DNA from: Guillardia theta CCMP2712
Taxonomy: Eukaryota > Protista > Cryptophyta
Assembly (NCBI RefSeq): GCF_000315625.1
Contig: NW_005434600.1
Span: 91,515-155,514, forward strand
Length of the DNA stretch: 64,000 nt
Reading direction: 5' to 3'
Position 1 is the first letter of the stretch. Each line of letters opens with the position of its first letter. The position numbers were made by a program, and so were the translations under genes. Shown here one piece after another: positions 1 to 12,530 of this stretch. Under the pieces are notes generated by a model. It saw only the letters and a list, made by a program, of their open reading frames with translations. It was not told the DNA's origin and did not search any database.

Positions 1-3000
1 AGATCGGACTCGAGGTGTGCCAAGGTTTTTCTTGTGCGTTGCATGTGAAATGGAGGTTTTCAGGGCTACAACGAGCGGTTCATGACGGAAACTGTGGCGT
101 GAGCCAATGCTGCCAAGTAAGGACCGGCTGAGATGGGTGGATTTTTCGTGACTCTATCTCAAGGCGAACATTCCTGCCTTGCACTTGCACTTGTTCGACA
201 ATCAAGATCGGGTACATTCATCATTGGTAGTTGGTTCCTGATAATCGTTCCTAATGCCCTTTCCTTTTCTTTCCAGGCCAAAGTTGAACGAGCGCGGTCA
301 AACGTTTCACTTTTGAATAGAAGGCCCGCGAGCCAAAGCTCCCCTCCTTCTCAAGTGCGTCTTGTTTTGTTGTGTATCGCATCCTTGTTGACGTTGCTTT
401 TCAGCTGTCCTCTCAGAAAGGCTACGGTGTTCCTGCAAGGGAGAACTACAACGACACCAATGTTAAAGTACCCCGTCAATCTAGCTTCAGCTCTCGTTCT
501 TATTGGACTGATTGCAGACGTTTCAAGCCGATGAATTTCCTGCACTCCCTGGTGCTCGAGCAGCTGGTAGCTTGCGTCATCTCTGCCTGCTCTTGCTTGT
601 TTGGTGTAGGCTGACTACAATGTAGCTTCATCTCCTGCCAACGTCAACGCTCCACCGCAAGTTTCTTCCCCTTCACAGTGAGCGTTTGATTGCTTGTCAT
701 GGCCTACGATTGACATGGTTGCGCAGTGCACTGATTGATTCACGAACCAAAGAAAGCTCGAAGAGTGTTAAGGATTCTGCTGCCATGGAACAGGTGTTTG
801 CTTCAGCAGAAACACTCCGATTCCTTCGTCCTGATCAGCCCCAGCAGAACCGTGGTCATGCTCGAGAGCAGCAGGCGGAGAAAGATGCGCCGAACCACCT
901 GAAGCCTCCTCCCAACGATGGTTTGTCGAATGGAACAAAAACTCAGATCCTCTCTAACCCCGTCAACAACCACCGATGGCCCAACTTGCAAGATGGTAGA
1001 CGCACGTCTTGAGCTCTGGTGTCTGACTGACAATCCTTGTTCAAGTTGCCAAAGAAGTCAATGGAGATGGCGGCTCAAGTCAGTCCTCGATCTTGCCCAG
1101 TCCTCCCCTTCCACTCCGTCCCCATCCTCAAGCGCCGGGTGACAGTAGGGATTTTCCCCAGCATCCTCAGTCAAGCAGCATTCCTCCGAATCAGTCAACT
1201 CTGTACAAGCCATTCATGTCGAAGCAGAACTCCCAGCCTCCTGACCATGCGGCCCACGCTATTCAACCGTTACGCGTGCAACCAGATGATACGACCCATA
1301 GCCTTCAACCGTTGCATGTGCAACCACAACCTTCGCCGGAGCAGCAGAACTTTCTGTATCCGATCAAGGACTCGATTTCAAGTCAGCCCGCGCCGTCTTC
1401 CTTCAGCGAGCTTGCTTCGACTAACCGACCATACAACAACCATCTTCTCCCACCCAACCTCAACGACTTCGAGGGCAGCAACGATTTCTCGTCCCTTCCA
1501 AGCTTCAATCATGACAGCAAGAGCTCTCTAGCCCTCGGAAAAGAACTCGTGCCTGTCGGCAAAGAATGGCTATCTCCCTCTCTCTCGGATACAAAGTATG
1601 TAGACCTCGAGCCTCTGCAGCCTGACCACGCAAGGACGTATGAGGATGAGCAGTTGAAGGACCCCTCTATGTCCTCCTTATCTTCCCAGCTCATGGATCT
1701 TTCGTGGAAGTCGCAACCATCCACCTTCAACGAGCTTGTCAAACCTCACGCGTTCACGCAAGGTGAGAATGTCCATTCTCTCTGTGTATTTCTTGCATAC
1801 CTGGCAACCTCAATCTTCTCTACATTTCTTGATACTAGCCTCTGTTTGTATGTTTGCCTCGTTTCTCTCTTTGCTTGTTGTTTTGCTCGGCAGCTGTTTC
1901 TGACGCGGCACTTACGCGTTGGCAGGCCCACAGGACTCTCTCAACCGAAATCTGCAGCAAATCATGCAGGAAATGTCGAGCCATCAGGGCAACGGGCACG
2001 AAAGTTCTAATGTTTCCTTCTCTCATGCTTTCCCCAACAACCTCAACGGCTCTCTCCACTCTTCTCTTCCAGCCTTTCCCTCTTCTGCAATGTCACTTTC
2101 TGAAGTAGAGGACAACCTTGCCGCAAGAGGGCAGGTGGAGCAGAGCTCGTTGTCGTGGGAGCCAAACAATGCTGGTGTGACAGTCGAGCAACAAAGAAAG
2201 ATGGCTCGCTCTGAAGATCTGAAGAAGTTGCCAGACGCCTGCATGCGCTGGAACCACGAAGGCAGGATGTTCGAGTGTCGTGTTGAGCTGAACAAGTACA
2301 AGCTCGTCAGCTGCAACCTTGCCTGGCCCCTCAACGACTCTGACGTCGTGGAGATCTGGCCGATCTTTGTCTCCATGATGGAGAGAAGAATCATGCAGTT
2401 GGACCCATCCAAGGACTTCATCATCTTTGTGGACGTTTCGTTTGAAGAGAACAACCTCGGAGATCTCGCCGTGATGACTGTCTGCCAAGGGCTCGGCGAG
2501 ATCCTCAAGCGCCCGAGGCCCAACGTCTGGCTGCGATCCCTTGACTTCGCCTTCAACTTCGTCTCCGACGTCGGATGCCTCCACATCTCGCAGCTCATGG
2601 ACTCCAACCTGCGTACTGGGTCCGACGCGATCAAGCAGTTCCTTGCGGACAAGTCGAAGACCTCTCAAGTCCCTGCTCCCTCCATCACGCTGAGGCTCTC
2701 CTACAACTGCATCTCTTCGTCGGGGGCCAACGTTCTCGCAGAGAAGCTGTGCAGATACAACGCAAAGTTCTCCTCGCAGTCCAAGGGCGCTCCTCCCTCT
2801 GCCCTCAACGCAAAGATGCAGATCGGATACAACAAGATAGACATGCGCATGGTCAGCTCTGCGACCCTCGACCCTCAGAACGAGAAGCGAGACGGTGAAA
2901 TCTCCATTTACTTGTGGGTTGGTGATGACAACCCGGCAGACATGGCAGACATTGACTGGGGTTACCACGCCAAACCTCGGCAGTTCATGTCTATAGACCT

Positions 3001-5415
3001 TCTCGATACTTTCTTCTTCGAGCTTTGCTTGAAGAGGCTGCACAAGACAAGAACCCCGGCTGATGTTCCCCTTCTCATCGTGCCAGACACGACTTCCTTC
3101 TTGCGTATGATGCAAGGTGAGCCCGAGTGACATCACTTGCGCAGTCTGTCTAAGTGACGAGCGGGTCGTGCAGGCGAGTACGGCAAGCCACCTGACCTCA
3201 ACATCCACTTCTTGCAAGGAGGGCAGGATCACGTGCCGCCGGTGATGATTGTGATGATCGGATCGGTCTACCGATCCCTGTGGCACTTGGTGGAGAGTCA
3301 CTCCACGACACAATCGGACCGAGTTGCCATCTTGCACCTTCTTGGAACTTGTTTGAACAAGGTGAAAAGATTGATTGAGTTCATTCGAAAGATCATTCAA
3401 GTCATCACCTGTGCTGTTGTGTGAACGTAATATCGTGTCATGTTATGTTCACATATTTGCCATGCTACATGAAATGACATCTGATCTCATCTGATCTCAT
3501 CTCATCATATGATCTCATCATCTCATTCTCACCACACAAGATGGATCATGACATAACATGCCGTGTCATGATTTCTGCCTCATCTTGGTTCCTGACATCT
3601 CTCCAGGCTCACGATGCAAGCAAGATTCTCTTGCTAGAGACTGACAGCAACTTTCATTCAACCCAAAAGCAGTTTGAGGTGGAGAGAATTTTCGGGTTGT
3701 GCTCCTGAACTCCTTACACTGCTGCAGGAGATGTCGAACGTGTCGCACTGGAAGTCTTCTCCCTCCATTGTGAGGAGCGAATCGTGCATAAACTTCATGT
3801 GTTGACCTTACGTTTGAAGGCCACGATTTTGGAATCTTTGGACACTATGAACACATCTTGCAGGTATGATGAGAGGAGAGGAGAGGAGGAGAGGAGAGGA
3901 GAGGAGAGGAAAGGAGAGGAGAGGAGAGGAGAGGAGAGGAGAGGAGAGGAGAGGAGAGGAGAGGAGAGGAGAGGAGAGGAGAGGAGATATGGTATGAATC
4001 GTGTAAGAGTATGATATGGGCGTTCTCTGATGTGGAATTTCTTGATTTGTGTGTGGCAAGTATACGACAAGGACTGACCTGATCGCACGGACAGACAAGC
4101 TCTCAGCAAGTTCTACTTCTCTACAGAGCAGGCAGCAAGAGCATCGCCAGTCATTTTCCTTTCCGAAAGCTCCAAGATGAGATCATCGGCTCTTGTAAGC
4201 GATGAAACTCAGCAGTCATCTCTCCCTTTCTTCTTGTCTTTTTCACTTCCTCCTTCTGCTTCGAACCTGCCTCCCCGTCCTCACACCCTCCCTCCTCTCC
4301 TGATCAAGATCCAAGATCCATTGGTTCTTCCCTCCTCCCTCCTTCCCTCCTTCCCAACCTCTCTCCCTCCTCCCTCTTCCCCCTCCTTCCTCCCCCTTGT
4401 TCCTGTGCCTGCCATTCATTTGTCTTCAAAGCTCTCACCAGCTTGCTTACATAAAATCAGGCTCTTGGTGTACCTGCTTTGGAATTTTCCGTCATTCAGG
4501 ATATGAAAACGTTTGCTGCAAAGCAGATCAGGGAGGTAAGACAATACAAGGATAGGAACGAAGAAGCAGGAGAGTGGGAGAGCGATGGAGAAGAGGGGAG
4601 GGAATGCGAGCGGGGTGGGAAGGATGGACAAGAGGAAGAAATAGGGTGAAGGAGCAGGTGGCTGAGGTGTAGGGGAAGAGCAGAGCAGAGTAGGGAATGG
4701 AGTGGAAGGAAGGGAAAGAAACGAAACGAAAGGGGAATGGAAGGGAAGGGTTGGGGAAGACAGGGAAGGGGAAGAGAATGGAGAGGAGCTGAAGAGAGGA
4801 AAGCTATGAGGAGGTATCAAGCTTTGGATGTAGTGATTGCTCTCATGAATTTGCCTCACATATTTTCTCTTCTCATCCTCCTGCAGGAGGCCTGGAAGTC
4901 ACACGGCGATCATGCTACATCCTCTGTACCGTCTGTAGCGCTTCCTCCCTCACAGGTTTTCCTCTCCTCCTCTTCTCTCCTCCTCTTCTTCTCTTCTTCT
5001 TCTCTTCTTCTTCTCTTCTCCTCTTTTTCTCCTCCCCTTCTCCCTATATGTTGAGCCCCCCCTCCATCTCTATGTCCTCCTCTTCCTATCCCTGCTCCTC
5101 TTTCCCCTTCCTCTACTCCTTTTCTTTGTACACGTCCTTGCCTCCGTCTTCCTCCTCTCATCGCTTCTCTACTCTCCGTTTCCTCCCGCTCTCCTCGCAA
5201 GTGATCTCCTTCCAGCATCTCAGTGTCGCCGAGTCCTTATTCGAACGGCTCCGTGATGCCTCGATGGGCAAGGCTCCTAGTCAGGTAGGAAGAAAGTGAG
5301 GGAGGCTTTTTCTTCTTCTTCTTCTTCTTCTTCTTCTTCTTGTGCTGCTGCTGCTGCTTCTGCTGCTATTGATGGAGATGGAGATGGAGATGGAGATGGA
5401 GATCTTGGTGGTGGC

Positions 5416-5451
<36 letters not shown>

Positions 5452-5773
5452 CAAGATGATGTGGGCAATATGGGAGGTGGAAGGTCTGTGAAAGCGAAGA
5501 GGCTTGACCTCAGAGTTCGCAGGAGGAAATGCAGCATGCTCAATCGATGCTTTCCCGGGCAAGAACAGGGTCGAGGCTTTTGTTCGGATGAGGAGACATG
5601 GGGTGGGAGTTTTAGGTAGCAGGACGCCAGTCCTACCATATGACAACTTACCGGATGAGATTGCTCGAACCTCTTTCATGTCAAGAAAAATACGTCACAG
5701 AAGATTCAAATCGGATCGGGAGGAGGAGAGGGAGCGTTGGAATTCTCCTCCTCTCTGCTGTAAGGGGAGATGA
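1..5773 (+). CDS. Multi-exon protein, 5' end outside window: disordered region, RNI-like LRRs, then a degenerate PIN-like domain
   Basis: ORF 1919-3130 has three RNI-type LRR motifs (FEENNLGDLAVMTVCQGL, LDFAFNFVSDVGCLHISQLM, LRLSYNCISSSGANVLAEKL) and ends in LIVPDTTSFL, like the first PIN strand. Later GT-AG exons give VMIVMIGSVYRSLWHL, GHYEHILQ and VIFLSESSKMRSSAL in PIN motif order. Exon chain and the 5773 stop are approximate. Confidence 0.6.
3871..3987. repeat. (GAGAG)n microsatellite, intronic
   Basis: Near-perfect pentamer array; the same motif occurs as (CTCTC)n at about 28706-28890. Confidence 0.95.
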
Positions 5774-5975
5774 AAGTAGGTAGGGACGAGATAGTTGGCT
5801 GGGTGAAAATCCTTGAGGGAGGGAGGGAGGGAGGGAGGGAGGGAGGGAGGGAGGGAGGGAGGGAGGGAGGGAGGGAGAGGAGGGGAGGAAAGGCAGAAAC
5901 GACAAGGGAAGGAGAAGGAACGTGGAGGAGGGGAGGAACGAGAGGAGGAGGGTAGTGGAGGGGAAGTCAAATAGC

Positions 5976-8580
5976 TCAGGGGGTCCGAGGCTCCTGCGGC
6001 GGCTTGCCCGGGTTCTGCTTACCATTTTGCTGGGCATCACTTCGGAGGGTGCGGCGGAGGATTTCAAGGGAGGACCTGGCGCGGACGGGGACGTCGAGAG
6101 AAGCAGCACGGCGGGTGACCCCCTGCCTTCCCTCCTCCTCGTCGAAGTAGTGGAAGACTCGACTGAAGAACTGGTCCGTCTCAACAAGCTCATGCGCCTG
6201 GATCTGCTTGCCAGTTTCCTCCCGCGTGCTCGAGGGATCCCAGATCGAGTTCCATGCAAGGCCAACCAGGGCCAACAGCCCTCGGCCCCTGCCCCTGCTC
6301 GCGCTCCTGCCCCTGCCAACGTCCTCCTCCATGTGGAAGTGCGAAGAAGAGTCCAGATCGGAGGACTTGGCGCGTCGCACCCGCAAAGTTCTCTCCCCAG
6401 CTGCCTCTCCTGCCGAGTGTATGGACGGGTCAGAAACCCACTGCTGCGCCACGTCCTCTAGCTTGACCGGCTCCTCCTGCTGGAGCCGCGCTGGAGTCTG
6501 CATGCCCTGTAGGGGTCTCGAGACTGGGGAGAGGGGCATTTCTACGTCTCCCTCCTGCTCCTCCAGGGTGTCTAGACTGCTCGACATGGTGCGACGGGGG
6601 GCCATGCCGGCATGCCGGGGATAGTCAAGGCTCTTGATCCCATCCTTCCTCGGGATAGGAGGCTGCTCGTCGCCGCTGCTGCTCCTCTCCTCCTGGGCGG
6701 CCAGCCAGAGGTTTCGCTCCATCTCAAAGCTCTCTGTGTCCCTCCCCTCGATCCCCTCCTCTCCTCCCTCCTCCCCTTCACTCGGCATCCTCCGCTTGCT
6801 GAAGGCGGTAGGAGAGGAGAAACGGCTGAAGCTGAAGCGCGAGAGCACTCCCAGCTCCTCCTGGCGGGGCAGGTCGATACTCTCCGCCCTCACCTCATCC
6901 GGCCCGTCTGCTATCGGGTGGGCGCTGTAGAGGGGAAGGAGGTCCACAACATCCTCCCCAGCCTCCATCTTCGCGATGATCAGCTGACGTCGGAGCCTCG
7001 TGTGCTTGAAGTTGAGGACCATGTCAGTGTGGGTAGGGAGCGCCCTGTGCTTGCCCAGCAGCATCGCCCCCATGATGATGAGCTTTCCCAGCGTCGACAT
7101 GGCTCCAGACAGGCTGTACGTCCTGCCTGCAATTCCAAACGAGAGCCCGACGTTTCCGTAGGCTGAGATGAGCTCGAAGAGGAGGGGGAAAGGCGAGAGG
7201 ACGGCGCCTTCCAGCGCGACACCCTTATCATGGATGAAGCAGAGGATGAGGAAGCCTGAGACCAGAAAGGAGAGGTGCCTGAACAGGTACATCGCATGGA
7301 ACCTCCTCTTGGCATCGTCGACTGTGCGCAGCGTCGGCTTCCAGTGTCCGTCCTCGTCCAGGGTCTGCTCTGAGATGTACATCCTGCTGACGAAGGGCGC
7401 AGCGGAGAGGTACATGAGAAAGATATACATGGCGGGCATGCCCTGGTTCAGGTTGTTGAGGTCGTAGATCTGCAGACCTGCCGATCTCGTGGAGATGGTC
7501 TGAAAGAAGCCTGCTCCAGCGATGACGTGCGTGCCATAGGAGGCGTCAAGATCCTTCCGGGGGAGCGAGGAGGAGAGGAAAGCAGCGTACTGGATGATGT
7601 TGATGCCGAGGAGGATCAGGATCAGCACCCGGGTCTGCGTCTTGTCCAGCAGGTGTGTCGTCATCTAAAGGAGCAAGTCACATAACAGCACAAACCCACA
7701 ACCCAGCAACGCAACGACGACTTGTACCGTCCTCTTCTGCTCATACCTGACGAGGATGGTCAAGCGCGTAAGCTATCGCGTTCCTGTCCAGGTAGAGCCT
7801 GTTCGCAAACTTGTGGAAAAGCCTCAGCAGACCTCTGAGCATAACAGGGAACAGGTTGTTTCCAGCAAGGATCAGAAACGCCAGCCACAGGTAGGAGAGA
7901 GGCCAGTTGCGAAGCCCGTGAACGGAGTCAGAGGTCAGGGAGAGGCCGCAGTTGCAGAAGGCGCTAGAGACCATGAAGGCAGCGTACCAGATGTTGCTGA
8001 AGCCTCGCTGCCGGAGCTCCTCGAGCCGAGGGAACGCGCTGATGATCCATAGGAAGATCCAGATGCCTCCGAAGAGGAAGACGAAGAGGTAGAAGATAAT
8101 GACCAGCGCAACCATTCGTACTCCTCTGATCTGAGCACGACGCTCGCTGATCAGGTGGATCAGCTTCTGCGCCTCCGGCTTGTCGTTGGACTCGTTGGTT
8201 GCCAGAAACTCCATCAAGCTCGGCTCGAGGCTGTGGAAAGCATGGATCCTGTAGATCATGGGGGGCAGGAGGAGAAAAACAATCCCTCCAAGGTTCATCA
8301 GGATGTAGAGCATAGCAAAGGTGGCACTTGAGATGTGCTGGGACCCAACTGTCGACAACCCTGAGCTTGTGTATGCTGAGACTGAGAGGAAGAGACAGTC
8401 AATGTACGGCAGCTTGTCAACAGCATAGATGATGATCGAGAACAGAAAGACCAGAAACAGGCAGTAGCACCAAACTGCTCGGTAGTAATTGAACTGTAGC
8501 ATCTTCTGCTTTTCAGCCACCATCCTGTACGACGAGCGCGGCTGAACCTTGGGAGACTGGAAAATCTCGTCGCTCTGCAT
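5976..8580 (-). CDS. TRK: Trk/HKT-family cation (probably K+) transporter, 2 exons (7747-8580, 5976-7664)
   Basis: Four pore-loop signatures SAYTSSGLS, SAFCNCGLS, STRSAGLQ, SAYGNVGLSFG and the terminal GKLIIMGAMLLGKHRALP. A phase-0 GT-AG intron at 7665-7746 joins the two ORFs. Long disordered C-terminal tail. Confidence 0.92.
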
Positions 8581-9060
8581 GATTGACGGATATGAGACAA
8601 ACGAGCTATGTAGTTTCTAAAGTTATCGGGGAAATCCACTGCAAGATCCGAGATGTTTTGGATAAGGCCACATGAAAAGTATCCTTGAAGTACAATCGCA
8701 GTTGAGCTAAGTCGTACTTGATGCTGTCAACACAGCTTGCACCAATCAGCTACCATGGTTGAGAGGCATGATCCTGACACGATCTGGCAAGAAGCAGCAA
8801 GTCAGCGCAAGGTCTCGACGCATGATAGATGTTACACAGCACTCGGGCGTGTGCTCGCTGAAAAAGCAATCTACATCTGACCTCTTGATGATAAACTACT
8901 TCTTTAATCTACTTCTGACCTCCTCAAGCTTACGGATAAAAGCAACATCTTGAGGAAGGAAGAAGGTTATGAGGTGGACAAGGAAAGCGATGCGTGTTGC
9001 AAGGAAGACGTGCTCGAGGAGGGGGCGAGAGGAAGAAGTGGAAAACGAGGCTGAATGAGA

Positions 9061-9179
9061 GAGCGAGGAGGGCGAGGAGAGCGAGGAGAGCGAGGAGGGC
9101 GAGGAGGGCGAGGAGGGCGAGGAGAGCGAGGAGGGCGAGGAGAGCGAGGAGGGCGAGGAGAGCGAGGAGGGCGAGGAGG
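9061..9179. repeat. 9-bp period minisatellite (GAGCGAGGA/GGGCGAGGA)
   Basis: About 13 tandem units visible. Confidence 0.9.
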
Positions 9180-9599
9180 TCTTCGGGACGAAGAGTTTGA
9201 GTACAGCGGTCAATCGGAAACTTTCGAACTGCTGATCGGAGCTATCGGAGTTCAAAAATATCCACTACCCCATTGATCCATGCTGTCCCCAAACATTTTC
9301 TGTTCTTACACTACTTCCACTCGTGTTGTGTACCTTTCTTCCTTACAGCAACATCAGACGCGTCCCTCATTCCATTCATCGAATCTGTCACCGTATGCCA
9401 TCTTACTTCCCGCGGATGTCAACCAGCGTCCTATCCTCCTTCACTAGCGTCCTATCCTCCTTCACTCGTCAAGCTAACTTCTGCTCCTGCTCATCCTGCT
9501 CCTCCTCCACCTTCCTACACCCTCCTCCATCTTCTGCGCCTGTTCTTGCCGGCGCATGCTGTCTTTGCTCTTGCTGAATCCTCATTGCATCCCCTCAAG

Positions 9600-9875
9600 A
9601 TTGCTGGAGGGGTTATCGCCCCGGGGGCTGCTCTGACTACCCCGAAAGTCACAGTTAAAGTACCCGGTACTTTCAGTCTAGAAGGGGTGGTATTTATCCG
9701 GGGTAGTGGAGCAGTCCTCCAAACAAGGGTTGGTTATCATCGATTCAGGGTGGGTGGGGGGTATCTCTGTCTATCGAGGGAGGGGTATAATTATGGTCTT
9801 TTTAGGCTATTAATGCATGGTAGGGTCATGAATTTTGGATCTCCAGTGATTCGAAGACAGGGGTAGGGTGGACAT
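9600..9875. other. GGGT/ACCC-rich intergenic island (class II), 5' of the Trk gene
   Basis: Dense GGGGT, GGGTA, TACCC and GGGTGG words; no convincing ORF. Confidence 0.6.
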
Positions 9876-10183
9876 CAAGAATCTGCAAGGGTCAATATAA
9901 AACTTAGTGACGTTTTTCGCTTGTTCCCCTGCTTGGGTTGGAGTAGCGGTTTTCGCTGCCTTCTTCCGTTTGCTACTATTATGTTGAGGCGGGTTTGTCG
10001 GGCTAGTCCTCGTTCTCGGTTTGCCTTTTGCTTTTCAGTCAATAAATGAGAGTTTTTTCCCTTCATGTCGCGCGATAGGAGCAAGAGGCTCCACATTGAA
10101 ACAGCATAACAAAGAGCAGTAGCAAGAGAAACGAAGAAGCGTCACAAGGCCAAACAAAGTGAAGGCAAAGCAGGATAGGATGC

Positions 10184-10285
10184 GCAGTGAGGAGCAAGCG
10201 GGCGGTCAGGAGTCTCACGTCCTCGCAAGTAATCTCGCTGTCCACCCTCAAGCGGCCGTCTCAGTACCGTCAGCTCGGCATCAGG
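10184..10285 (+). pseudogene. RWP-RK relic (intron end and start of exon 2), inverted relative to copy A
   Basis: Aligns to the sense strand of about 10910-11005. The acceptor CAG|GGG has become CAA|GTA, there are three 2-bp insertions, and similarity stops before the RWP codons. Confidence 0.85.
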
Positions 10286-10573
10286 ACAATCTTCTTTCAG
10301 TTTGCTGATCAGTCTCTTTGCCGCAACTTGTAATTTTGAACCATTTGATCTCATCCTTCTACAGTTCCAGTACCAGCATCAGTCACTGGAGAACGTTCTT
10401 TACTAAAAGTTAAGTTAAAAATCAGTACGAGGACAATCAGGAGAGTCGAGAGGCTTGACCCTGACACTGTCGCACAGGCCAAACGGCGAGAAGAGAAAAG
10501 ACAGCGAGAACCGTCAACCCTCATCCACTGCAAGACGATCCAGTACCAGTATCAGTACTGGAGGACGACCTCC

Positions 10574-11293
10574 TCATGCATCCTCCTGCCATAGCTGTCT
10601 TCCTCCCCCCGACCCTCTCCAGATCACCTCGTCCTCGTCCCTCGACCGGATGTACCAGGCGACCCACGCCTCGCTCAGCCAGTCTCCGTGTCCGCGGCGC
10701 TGATCCGCGCTGTGTACAAGCTGTGGATCTGTAGCCTCCTGCTCGTCGTCGGCCTCGTCGTCTTCCTCGTCGTCGGCCTCCTCGTCATCCTCGTCTGCAT
10801 CCTCCTCCTTCTTGGCTTGGCAGGCGACGGACTGATGCAGCTGTGCCGCCTGCTGCACCTCCCGCGCGTGCTCATGCGGCCGGTAGCCCTGGCGGGTGTA
10901 GGGCCAGCGCCTGATGCCGAGCTGACGGCAGACGGCCTTGAGGGTGGACAGCGAGATCCCCTGCGAGGACGTGAGACTCCTGACCGCCCGCTTGCTCCCC
11001 ACTGCCTCTCTCCTCCAGCCTTGTCCTCTCTATGTATGTATGCAGGTGTATTTGTGTCTAGGCCATGCTTGACTATCTTTGTGTGAGCTAGTCAACCCCT
11101 TCTGACTTGCTACCTCCTCTTCTTGTTTGTATCGCTAGGGGCAGGTTACCAGGGCAGCGGCGGCGTCGTCTTGGCGGAGGTGGAAGAGGCGGGCGACCTG
11201 AGGGAGAGTGAAGGAGACGCGGTAGGGGCGGGGACGACGACTACGGCAAAAGCGGCGGGGAAAGGGAGAGCAGGGGGGGGAGAGAGAGGGCAT
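10574..11293 (-). CDS. Short RWP-RK domain transcription factor, copy A (exons 11150-11293, 10574-10960)
   Basis: Spliced product MPSLSPP...RVSFTLPQVARLFHLRQDDAAAAL|GISLSTLKAVCRQLGIRRWPYTRQG is a typical RWP-RK domain. Phase-0 GT-AG intron 10961-11149. Confidence 0.9.
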
Positions 11294-11339
11294 GGAAGGT
11301 TCTTGCGAGCAAGTGAGAGACTGCAGGATCAGGAGACAG

Positions 11340-11730
11340 GAAGGGGTGCTCAGCGACTGGGAGGATGCTGAAAAGGAGTGCTTTCAGCAGGACTAAAAAA
11401 AAAACATAACTAAGGAGTAAGCTCGGCCGAGAGATATGACTAGGTAGTATCGTGACCTCAAACCGGCGCTGCTGAAACACAGCAACATTGATCGCGGTAT
11501 AGGCCTCGAGGGGACGACGACTACGACGAAAGCGAGGAGCCTCCGGGACTGGGGGAAAAAGAGACAAAGGAGCAAACTGGCCCCTGAGACAAGATTGCCG
11601 CGACTGCGGGATGGAAAAGGAGTGTCTTCAAGAGGACTGCGATAGAAAAAAAGAGATAAAACTAGGCCGTATCATGACCTCAAACAACGTTGACGTGATG
11701 CTACACAGCAAAACGTGATCGCATCACGGG
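11340..11730. repeat. Diverged tandem duplication of the RWP-RK upstream module
   Basis: About 11353-11495 resembles about 11600-11722 (gcgactg..gatg..aaaaggagtg..actagg..gtatc.tgacctcaaac..acacagcaa). 11500-11567 resembles the 5' coding end (RFRRSRRP). A related stretch lies at about 13815-13895. Confidence 0.6.
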
Positions 11731-11834
11731 GAGGTGTCAGCATTGCCTAGCAATTCGTCCCCCTGTCATGCCAACGCCCCCCTACGCCTGCTTCATACTC
11801 CACACCCCCCCCTCCCCTGCCGAGCGTCCTCGCC

Positions 11835-12530
11835 ATGTCCTTGCCTACCGCCGCTGTCTCCATCACCGTCCGCCGCCCTCAAGGACCCTCCGCTCGCCTC
11901 TTGCGTGTCTCCTTCTCCTTCCACCAAGTCTCCTCCCTCTTCCACCTCCGCCAAGAAGAAGCCACTGCCTCCCTGGTAGCCCCTCCCGCCCCCCTCCTGC
12001 TTCTCCTCGCATGGCTATTGACCTTGACGCAGGGCATATCGCTGACGACGCTGAAGCAAGTCAGCCGGCGGCTGGGCATCAGGCGCTGGCCCTACACGCG
12101 CAAGGGCTACGAGGTCCACGCGGATGCCGTGGGGAGCCTGGAGGCGAGAGGACGAGCCACCCTGGAGGGGGGAGAGCGAGATCAGCCGCACCAGCAGCAG
12201 CAGAAGGAGGATGCACAGGCGGCCAAGTCTCCTCACATGCACGAGAGCCTGATCGACGAGGCAGGGTTAGAGACGGACGAGCAGGACAGGGAGGAGGAGG
12301 ACGAGGAGGCAGCGGCGAGGGCGATGCAGAGCTGGCATGATGAGAGCTACCGGGACTCCTCAGACTCCCAGCTGTCTTGCTGCGACAGCGTGCGAGTGAG
12401 CGAGGCGTGGCTGGCGTGGTACATGGCAAGCAGGAGCGAAGAGGAGGATCAAGTCGACGTGATCTGGCCGGGCCACGAGCTCCAGGAGCGGCTGAGCGGC
12501 ATCGGCCGGTGCTGGACCTTGAGGAAGTAG
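11835..12530 (+). CDS. Short RWP-RK domain transcription factor, copy B (intron 11976-12032)
   Basis: RVSFSFHQVSSLFHLRQEEATASL|GISLTTLKQVSRRLGIRRWPYTRKG. The 57-bp in-frame GT-AG intron is at the same position as in copies A and C. Confidence 0.9.
   Translation: MSLPTAAVSITVRRPQGPSARLLRVSFSFHQVSSLFHLRQEEATASLVAPPAPLLLLLAWLLTLTQGISLTTLKQVSRRLGIRRWPYTRKGYEVHADAVGSLEARGRATLEGGERDQPHQQQQKEDAQAAKSPHMHESLIDEAGLETDEQDREEEDEEAAARAMQSWHDESYRDSSDSQLSCCDSVRVSEAWLAWYMASRSEEEDQVDVIWPGHELQERLSGIGRCWTLRK

Noticed and set aside
2023-3400. Antisense ORFs of 209 and 435 aa
   Set aside because: Shadow frames of the plus-strand LRR exon; the same applies to ORFs opposite the Trk, U-box and PTB genes.
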